From a virus (Duplodnaviria; Caudoviricetes), in IMG/VR virus record IMGVR_UViG_3300030376_002532, positions 1 through 31,222 of that record: a stretch of DNA of 31,222 nt; one strand, written 5' to 3'. The notes under the pieces were generated by a model. It saw only the letters and a program-made list of their open reading frames with translations, ran no database searches and was not told where the DNA came from. Shown one piece after another: positions 25,642-31,222 of the stretch; the first letter of the stretch is position 1; each line of letters begins with the position of its first letter. The position numbers and the translations under genes are program-made.

Positions 25642-26814
25642 TTAGTATAAATAATATTTTCCTCTGTTTGGGTTTTCTAAAACCATCATCATGACATATC
25701 TAGCTGCATCAATAGCATGGTCTCCTGTTAATGGATTTGGTTTTTGTAAAGTGTTGCCTTGTTTATCTTTCATCCATACATAACCTTCTAATTCTTTTTT
25801 TAAGTTCTTGCTTCTATGTGTTACAAATACTTTATTCTGATTGATGAGGTTAATTCCATATACAATAGAATCGCGACCTTTAGCAACTGGAAATACATCT
25901 ATTCCGCTAAGTCTTATTTCTGCAATTGATTTAGGTTCTGCTGAATCTGCATATATGTTGCAGTTGATGTTATTGTTTTTAATGAAGTTGGAAATATCCC
26001 TGTTTAACATTCCTGTTCTATATAGCACCTCATCAAATATGTAAGTATCATTGTACTTGTAAAGATTTACTATTGAAGTTGAATCTACTGTATAACCAAA
26101 ATCAAGTCCTGCTCCTACTAGCTTTGCTTCATTAGGTACTTCTTTTATTTCTTTCCAGTCAGGAATGCAAGCACCTTCTAATTGTCCTACTTCTCCTAAA
26201 CCGTAAACCCTCCACCAGTTTTTCCAATAGCTAGAAGTCTTTGCTTTGTCTTTTGCTTTTTCAATTTCTTTAACTATTGATTCAGGCAATGATTCATTGT
26301 CTTTGTAAGTAAGTGTAATAAAATCTGTATCAGGTTGTCCTATTAGTTCTTTGTCTACCCAAAACAAGGATGTTGGATTGTAGTCCAGCCAAATGTTACC
26401 TGAGGTTCTTATTGCTAGCTGTTGGTAAGCATCAAATGGAACATTGTTACACTCATTGATATAAAGGTCTGTTCTTCTTGCTCCTCTTAGTTTATCAGGT
26501 TGGTCCGTTGAAAAGAATTCTATATATGAACCATTACTGAATTGATATTTTAAAGTACTTCTATTGAACTTTTTTTCTCTGTATCTGTTTAGTGCTTTTA
26601 ATATTGCAATGAAGTCTTTTAAAGCTCCCCTTCTTAGATGAGGTATTGATTCAGATACTACACTAATTTCTTTGTTGTCATTGTTGCAAGCATACGATAT
26701 AAGAATAAGAAGTATTGCAATTGTTTTGCCAGCAGATGTTCCACCTCTTACAATTCTAGTTCTTGAATCTAGCTTTCTAAGTTTTAGAACTGTTGTAGTG
26801 CTTTTATAGTTCAT
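25642..26814 (-). CDS. terL: Terminase large subunit (PBSX/Terminase_3-like)
   Basis: Walker A GGTSAGKT, Walker B LYINE, DYNP, GLDFG, ADSAEP, DHAIDA. Confidence 0.95.
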   Translation of the reverse strand: MNYKSTTTVLKLRKLDSRTRIVRGGTSAGKTIAILLILISYACNNDNKEISVVSESIPHLRRGALKDFIAILKALNRYREKKFNRSTLKYQFSNGSYIEFFSTDQPDKLRGARRTDLYINECNNVPFDAYQQLAIRTSGNIWLDYNPTSLFWVDKELIGQPDTDFITLTYKDNESLPESIVKEIEKAKDKAKTSSYWKNWWRVYGLGEVGQLEGACIPDWKEIKEVPNEAKLVGAGLDFGYTVDSTSIVNLYKYNDTYIFDEVLYRTGMLNRDISNFIKNNNINCNIYADSAEPKSIAEIRLSGIDVFPVAKGRDSIVYGINLINQNKVFVTHRSKNLKKELEGYVWMKDKQGNTLQKPNPLTGDHAIDAARYVMMMVLENPNRGKYYLY

Positions 26815-27046
26815 CTATAAATAATGGTAAATCCCTATCTACGTTTATATCCTTAGTTTCCACTGGCTTGCCATACCTTCTATCCATGTATATAGAAATA
26901 GCTCTTAAATCTCCTTTTTGGATTAATTCTTTTAGCTTTTCAATAACCTCATCTTGATTGATGATATTATCTAGTCTTTCTATTAATTTAGCTTCATCTG
27001 CTTTCTTTGGCCTTCCAGCTCCAGCTCTTACTCCTCCATGTCCCAT
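26804..27046 (-). CDS. terS: Terminase small subunit
   Basis: GGVRAGAGRPKK...GDLRAI..YMDRRYGKP directly upstream of terL. Confidence 0.75.
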   Translation of the reverse strand: MGHGGVRAGAGRPKKADEAKLIERLDNIINQDEVIEKLKELIQKGDLRAISIYMDRRYGKPVETKDINVDRDLPLFIDEL

Positions 27047-27064
27047 AACTTGATTTTTTGTTGT

Positions 27065-27496
27065 TTATTCAAATATTATTTCTTCATTAGGTAAGGGTGC
27101 TTCTACATTAAACCACTCTCTTAGAAACTGCCTACATTGATTGTGAAAGTCTTCTTGTTCTATTGTTGTGTTTTGTGTAGTTGATTTAGGTATTTTGATT
27201 ATTTCTCCTGTTCTGTAATTAGCTTTTTCTTCACATAGAAACATTGTCTTGTACATGTTATGTGTTTTCTCAACTCCCCAAGTTTCTCCCCATTCGTTTT
27301 TAATAGCTTGTATTGTTAGTGGAACTATTACAGCGAAGTAGTAAGCATTCTGTTGGTTGCTACGATAGTAATTATCTTTTCTAAGTACTAATTCAACTCT
27401 TTTGCCTTCAAACTGGCTTAAAGCTGTTGCAATCCTTTCAGTGTTTAGAATAAGCTTACCGTCTTTAACCTTTGATATAATCTTAATGCTTTTCAA
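27065..27496 (-). CDS. NinB-like protein
   Basis: RSNQQNAYYFAV...KSTT motif pattern; TTG start. Confidence 0.5.
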   Translation of the reverse strand: MKSIKIISKVKDGKLILNTERIATALSQFEGKRVELVLRKDNYYRSNQQNAYYFAVIVPLTIQAIKNEWGETWGVEKTHNMYKTMFLCEEKANYRTGEIIKIPKSTTQNTTIEQEDFHNQCRQFLREWFNVEAPLPNEEIIFE

Positions 27497-27581
27497 GTGT
27501 TCCTATCATTAGTTTGATAAATGTTCTTTTAATGATTCTTTTTCTAATCTTCCTTAGTTTCTTTCTTCTTCCTTTTTCCAT
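27483..27581 (-). CDS. Possible small basic peptide (32 aa)
   Basis: MEKGRRKKLRKIRKRIIKRTFIKLMIGTLEKH; bridges two genes but overlaps both. Confidence 0.3.
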   Translation of the reverse strand: MEKGRRKKLRKIRKRIIKRTFIKLMIGTLEKH

Positions 27582-27678
27582 AATGTGTTCTAATTTTAAA
27601 ACCTAAGTCTGCATCATTTGGATATATTGCACATAGTAGACTTAAGTCATTTGCTATGTTGTAGTTTTGTTTCTTCAT
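27544..27678 (-). CDS. Small hypothetical protein (44 aa, not in ORF track)
   Basis: MKKQNYNIANDLSLLCAIYPNDADLGFKIRTHYGKRKKKETKED; ATGA overlap with the upstream stop. Confidence 0.65.
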   Translation of the reverse strand: MKKQNYNIANDLSLLCAIYPNDADLGFKIRTHYGKRKKKETKED

Positions 27679-28091
27679 TTTTTATTTCCTTTTCTTGTTG
27701 TTTTAGATACTCTCTTAGCTTTACTTCTATTATCTTTCGCACTTTTCGCATATTCTTTGTATAGTTTATTAATTGTATTGTATAAGTCTTTTACGCATGA
27801 ACCGCATGATGAAGGTTCTTTTCTTTCATTGAACACTCTATTGAAAATAGATAGCATCATGGTTTGTTCATCTCTTGATATTACTGAACGGTATGTGTTG
27901 AAGTAATCATCACACCATAAATATTCTTCTTCTGTTAAGCACTCTTTTGTTTTATAAGGGAATAACCTGTTTAGTTTGTGCCTTCTTTCTTCACATCCGC
28001 AGTCATCTCCAAATACTTTTTTAACAGCTTTCTTGATTCCTGTTTTGGTAGTGATTTTATCTACTGTGTCTCCTAGTCCTTTACTTTTCAT
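27675..28091 (-). CDS. Hypothetical Cys-containing protein
   Basis: SKGLGDTV...CGCEERR..LN, CGSC, basic tail. Confidence 0.75.
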   Translation of the reverse strand: MKSKGLGDTVDKITTKTGIKKAVKKVFGDDCGCEERRHKLNRLFPYKTKECLTEEEYLWCDDYFNTYRSVISRDEQTMMLSIFNRVFNERKEPSSCGSCVKDLYNTINKLYKEYAKSAKDNRSKAKRVSKTTRKGNKK

Positions 28092-28581
28092 TTATTTTTT
28101 TTTTTATTTCTTCTTTACATTCTTTAACTGTTTTACAAACTACCTTGTAACTAATCTTAGTTGCTTCTGATAGTTTTCTAATAGATTGAAACTTCTTTGA
28201 ATAGAGCTTAAACATCTTTTTATGAAACCATGTAAGGCCGTCTATTACGTTATCTATGTTTTCAAAAAATTCTGCTTCACTCTGTGTTTTCTTATCTTCT
28301 ACATCTCCAGTAATTGGAAAAGTTGGTTTTTCTGTTCTGTGTATATGTACTACTAAATCATGCAATGTTGTATAGACAATACCGTAATGCGGCTTGCCTT
28401 CTATTATTATATCCGCAGGAACTAGCTTATTGTTCCTCATTTTTTCATAAATTTTTACGTACATGCTTTGCACAACATCTTCTGCACTGTTGATTCTATA
28501 CAATGGAAGCATTTTATCTGCCATCATTAGCCACGTTGCATGCTTTCTATATAATGCGCTTAACACTTCTTCTTTAGTCAT
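28081..28581 (-). CDS. Phage ECF-like RNA polymerase sigma factor
   Basis: AEDVVQSMYVKI (region 2-like) and SIRKLSEATKISYKVV (region 4 HTH-like). Confidence 0.75.
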   Translation of the reverse strand: MTKEEVLSALYRKHATWLMMADKMLPLYRINSAEDVVQSMYVKIYEKMRNNKLVPADIIIEGKPHYGIVYTTLHDLVVHIHRTEKPTFPITGDVEDKKTQSEAEFFENIDNVIDGLTWFHKKMFKLYSKKFQSIRKLSEATKISYKVVCKTVKECKEEIKKKINEK

Positions 28582-28975
28582 TTTTATTTAATGCCTTATA
28601 TTTTTGAATAACTTCTAATAGGTAGAGCTTATCCCATTTGTAGCGTGACTTTCTAGCCATCTGTACATTGAGCGTGATCTTGTCAAATCTTTCTTGACCT
28701 ATTTTGTTAATTAAGTTTTGTTTATAAGGGATGAGGTTTCCTGAAAAGAAGTAGTTGCATCTTTTACATTGACCATGTACGTTGTCAGGATTAAACCTAA
28801 CTGTTGGGTTGTTGCCAGCACTATAAAAATGTCCAGCTTGTAAGGTGGTGTATTTACCACAGGAGATACAGGGGTTGTCCTTATCTCTATTGCGGATGTA
28901 TTTGTGAAAATGAGTAACAGCAATCTTTTTAAGCTGTGCTACTGATTTCTTTTTAAGTGTTTCTAATGTTGCCAT
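28574..28975 (-). CDS. ninG: NinG/Rap-like recombination endonuclease
   Basis: FHKYIRNRD..PCISCG...AGHFYS...RFNPDNVHGQCKRCN...GN. Confidence 0.88.
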   Translation of the reverse strand: MATLETLKKKSVAQLKKIAVTHFHKYIRNRDKDNPCISCGKYTTLQAGHFYSAGNNPTVRFNPDNVHGQCKRCNYFFSGNLIPYKQNLINKIGQERFDKITLNVQMARKSRYKWDKLYLLEVIQKYKALNKND

Positions 28976-28991
28976 CACTATGTGAGTGATG
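28973..28991 (-). promoter_or_regulatory. Hairpin sequestering the ninG start codon
   Basis: CATCACT/AGTGATG 7-bp stem; the 3' arm on the minus strand contains GTG ATG. Confidence 0.5.
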
Positions 28992-29059
28992 TCTAAGCAG
29001 TTACTAAATTATTAATTATAATTATTTCTTTTTTAAGTTTTAATTTAGATTTATTAACA

Positions 29060-29152
29060 TTATTGTTTAATAATTTGAAACACCTTACAAATACATATCC
29101 CAAGTGCTATTGCTGCAACATGGGATATTATTAAATAATTATAGAAGTCCAT
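29060..29152 (-). CDS. Small membrane peptide (30 aa, not in ORF track)
   Basis: MDFYNYLIISHVAAIALGICICKVFQIIKQ; TAATG overlap with the methyltransferase stop. Confidence 0.55.
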   Translation of the reverse strand: MDFYNYLIISHVAAIALGICICKVFQIIKQ

Positions 29153-29781
29153 TAAAATATTCTTAATTGTTGTTTATGTTGTGTTATTCTTTTCATGGCC
29201 GCGTTGTAATAATCTTTGTCTAGTTCACAAGCAGTTAAATCATAACCTAAATTGTGACAAGCAATAGCTATTGAGCCACTTCCAAGATGTGTGTCAAGTA
29301 TTTTATCTCCTTCTTTCGCAAAGTTCATCAAACAATAATCATATAGTTGAGGTGGTTTTTGTGTTGGATGAAATTTCTCGCTTTTGTTTCTATATGCACT
29401 ATATCTAAACATATTATTTGCACCTTTAAAAGAAGTCCAAGCATATTCACAATCACTAAAACTCAAACCTTTTGGTATTTCTTTATCCCATATAATAAAC
29501 TTTCCACAAGGAGGTAAATCAAAATAATTACCCCCCCAAATTATTTGATTTTTACTTACTCTAAACAATTCTTTAAAATACTGCTCACTTGGTATATCAC
29601 TATCCCAATCTTTAGCTTTCCATTTTCTATTTTTAGCTTTACTTGCTTTTGGCGTGTTACCTATTCCCATATTCATATTAGCAATATCTATTCCATAAGG
29701 AGGGTCTACTATAGCAAGGTTAAAGTAGTTATCTTCATACCTTGACATTAAAGCTATATTATCTTCATTGGATATATTCAT
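29152..29781 (-). CDS. Orphan DNA N6/N4 methyltransferase (beta class)
   Basis: DPPY, HPTQKP, ILDTHLGSGS motifs; no cognate restriction enzyme in the window. Confidence 0.92.
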   Translation of the reverse strand: MNISNEDNIALMSRYEDNYFNLAIVDPPYGIDIANMNMGIGNTPKASKAKNRKWKAKDWDSDIPSEQYFKELFRVSKNQIIWGGNYFDLPPCGKFIIWDKEIPKGLSFSDCEYAWTSFKGANNMFRYSAYRNKSEKFHPTQKPPQLYDYCLMNFAKEGDKILDTHLGSGSIAIACHNLGYDLTACELDKDYYNAAMKRITQHKQQLRIF

Positions 29782-30116
29782 TAGAATGGCAAATCAGTTT
29801 CTTCTCCTACTGGATTAAGCTCTTTTTCTGTTTCTTGGTCTAGCTTTTGAATTCTCCAGCAGTCAATACTTGTGTAGTATTTATTATTCCATTCATTAGA
29901 ACTTGCATTGATATGAAATTCATAAACATGCTCTAGTTCAAGTCTTTTAGTTAAATCTATATTGTCTTGGTGAAATTCAATACATAGTGCTGATTTATAG
30001 TTTTTGTTTTGGTCTATAATAACTTCACATTTATTAAATTCCTTTTTTGTTTTTTCGTTTGTAAAGGTTTGTACTTTATTTATTTTCTTTACTGTTCCTA
30101 CTATTATTGTGTTCAT
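29781..30116 (-). CDS. ssDNA-binding protein (DUF3127-like)
   Basis: OB-fold-like pattern EWNNKYYTSIDCWRI; acidic C-terminus ending DLPF. Confidence 0.8.
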   Translation of the reverse strand: MNTIIVGTVKKINKVQTFTNEKTKKEFNKCEVIIDQNKNYKSALCIEFHQDNIDLTKRLELEHVYEFHINASSNEWNNKYYTSIDCWRIQKLDQETEKELNPVGEETDLPF

Positions 30117-30134
30117 TGTTTTGTTTTTATTTGT

Positions 30135-30590
30135 TTAAAATTGTTTATGTTCTTGGTGTTGTCTCATTGTTATTTCTGCTCCTAGATTCATTCGTTCGTT
30201 TAAATGGTCTCTGAATATTGATAACAGTTTTGGAGGATTAAGGGATTGATAAAGGTTTCCGCATTTACCAATTGCAATGTTTTTAAATACTAGCTTTAAA
30301 TCTGATATGTTAAGCATGTAAAATTCTTCTAGTATTACTCCAGCAGTAAAATTTATTTGTGCTTCATTCATTGGTTTGCTTAGGTTTAATAGTTCGTTTA
30401 GTTCTATTAGTTGTAGTTTAATGAAGCTCAAAGTCTTTTCTTCTCCCTCATCTTTTCTAATCTTAGCAAGTGAAGGCAGTCTGCTTAATATGCAGTCTTC
30501 AATCTTAACAATAGGTTTATTGCTTGATATTATTAATGAGTTGTCTTTTGAGTTCTTCATTATATTGTACTTGGTTGTTTTTATTTCCAT
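30135..30590 (-). CDS. Putative helicase loader / initiator partner
   Basis: Directly downstream of the initiator (lambda P position). Start uncertain (30632, 30590 or 30560). Confidence 0.5.
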   Translation of the reverse strand: MEIKTTKYNIMKNSKDNSLIISSNKPIVKIEDCILSRLPSLAKIRKDEGEEKTLSFIKLQLIELNELLNLSKPMNEAQINFTAGVILEEFYMLNISDLKLVFKNIAIGKCGNLYQSLNPPKLLSIFRDHLNERMNLGAEITMRQHQEHKQF

Positions 30591-31194
30591 TTGTTCTAGG
30601 GGTTTGAGGTTTAAATACACCTTTATATCCATTAGCCATTGAATAATGAATTGCTTCTGTTGCTTGGTGTTCTGTTGTAAAATCTTTTGATAGTTGCTTT
30701 AAAAAAGCTTGTTCTGTTTTAGCAGACTTATATTTAAAATTGTGCTGTTCTTTTTTGTAATCCATCCATATCTTAATGGTTTCTTTAAATGTTGGAGTGT
30801 TAAAAGGATAAACTAACTTTTCTTTTTTACTTTTTTCTTTTATTATTATATCACTATCATTAACCCTTCCACTATCACTATCACTATCACTATCGGCATG
30901 TTTGGTATCGTTTGGCATGCGGTCGGATGCGGTCGCATTCTTTTTATACCATCGCTTACGTGCGTTTTCTGAGTTTTTCTCACATAAAGCAACGTATTTT
31001 TTAAGGTCTCTTTTAAATGTTTGCTGTATTGGTGCAAATGCTACTTTAAGAAGTAAATCATCAATTACAGGGTTTTCATCATTTACGTAAGCAAATATTA
31101 ATTTAATGAGTTGTCCAGCTTTATCATCAGGTAACTGATTAAACAGTGCTTGCTGGTCGCAGTATAATATGAATGATTTTTTGTCTTTAGCCAT
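30517..31194 (-). CDS. Replication initiator / replisome organizer, DUF6291-like, allele B
   Basis: MAKDKKSFILYCD...AGQLIKLIFAY N-domain, DSDSDS linker, C-domain WMDYKKEQ...IHYSMANGYKGVF. Confidence 0.85.
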   Translation of the reverse strand: MAKDKKSFILYCDQQALFNQLPDDKAGQLIKLIFAYVNDENPVIDDLLLKVAFAPIQQTFKRDLKKYVALCEKNSENARKRWYKKNATASDRMPNDTKHADSDSDSDSGRVNDSDIIIKEKSKKEKLVYPFNTPTFKETIKIWMDYKKEQHNFKYKSAKTEQAFLKQLSKDFTTEHQATEAIHYSMANGYKGVFKPQTPRTNGNKNNQVQYNEELKRQLINNIKQ

Positions 31195-31222
31195 TGTATC
31201 TTTCTTTGTGTACTTTGTTAAA
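30709..31222. repeat. Imperfect terminal repeat of 1..523
   Basis: 1-27 identical to 30709-30735; 463-523 identical to 31162-31222; middle divergent; copy A is 9 nt longer. Confidence 0.9.
30871..30938. repeat. Putative origin in initiator allele B
   Basis: ACTATC x4 (30871-30894), then GGCAT/GGTAT/GGCAT/CGGAT/CGCAT at about 10-bp period; ATGCGGTCG at 30917 and 30927. Confidence 0.6.

Larger units (their letters stand above)
1..31222. mobile_element. Near-complete temperate phage genome in excised/circular (attP) form, Flavobacteriia-like host
   Basis: Full set of terminase, portal, protease, scaffold, capsid, tail, lysis, integrase and repressor genes. Ends overlap (1..523 is homologous to 30709..31222). 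Intact att core with arm sites on both sides. No host genes seen. Confidence 0.93.

Noticed and set aside
778-28999. The 12-bp inverted pair as DNA inversion sites
   Set aside because: No invertase beyond the integrase and no arm-like repeats nearby; the RNA-pairing reading fits the hairpin context better.
8696-31037. Nested same-strand ORFs 8696..8929, 28711..28923 and 30846..31037
   Set aside because: Wholly inside well-supported genes in another frame; no slippery site or motif to support them.
1008-31090. Plus-strand ORFs in the track other than 2659..3072 (e.g. 6686..7126, 12730..13113, 16147..16689, 27667..27906)
   Set aside because: Antisense shadows of strong minus-strand genes, with Ser/Leu/Phe-rich composition and no motifs.
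1-31222. Alternative genetic code (stop codon reassignment)
   Set aside because: The standard code gives dense, full-length genes, and all three stop codons are used as genuine ends.

Overview
Essentially complete, circularly permuted genome (unit length about 30.7 kb) of an AT-rich temperate tailed phage, probably siphovirus-like. The host is very likely a (marine) Flavobacteriia/Bacteroidota, judging from TAnnTTTG promoters, DUF6291/DUF3127-type replication genes and LamG tail proteins. Almost all genes are on the minus strand. Modules: early/recombination genes, Cro/CI switch, tyrosine integrase with an intact attP matching a tRNA-Ser 3' end, lysis genes, LamG receptor-binding proteins, head and tail genes, terminase, a phage sigma factor, NinG, a DNA methyltransferase, SSB and a replication initiator. 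Main unusual signals: (1) three tandem small genes whose shared N-terminal leader mimics the C-terminal tail of the scaffolding protein and is followed by putative protease sites, a candidate capsid cargo-loading system; (2) the window ends carry two different alleles of the initiator gene, in which the DNA-binding region and internal iteron array are swapped together; (3) a 12-nt RNA complementarity between an early hairpin loop and the hairpin sequestering the ninG start codon; (4) a twice-repeated late promoter motif; (5) an integrase promoter on the far side of the att core. All product calls come from motif recognition by eye; no database search was run.
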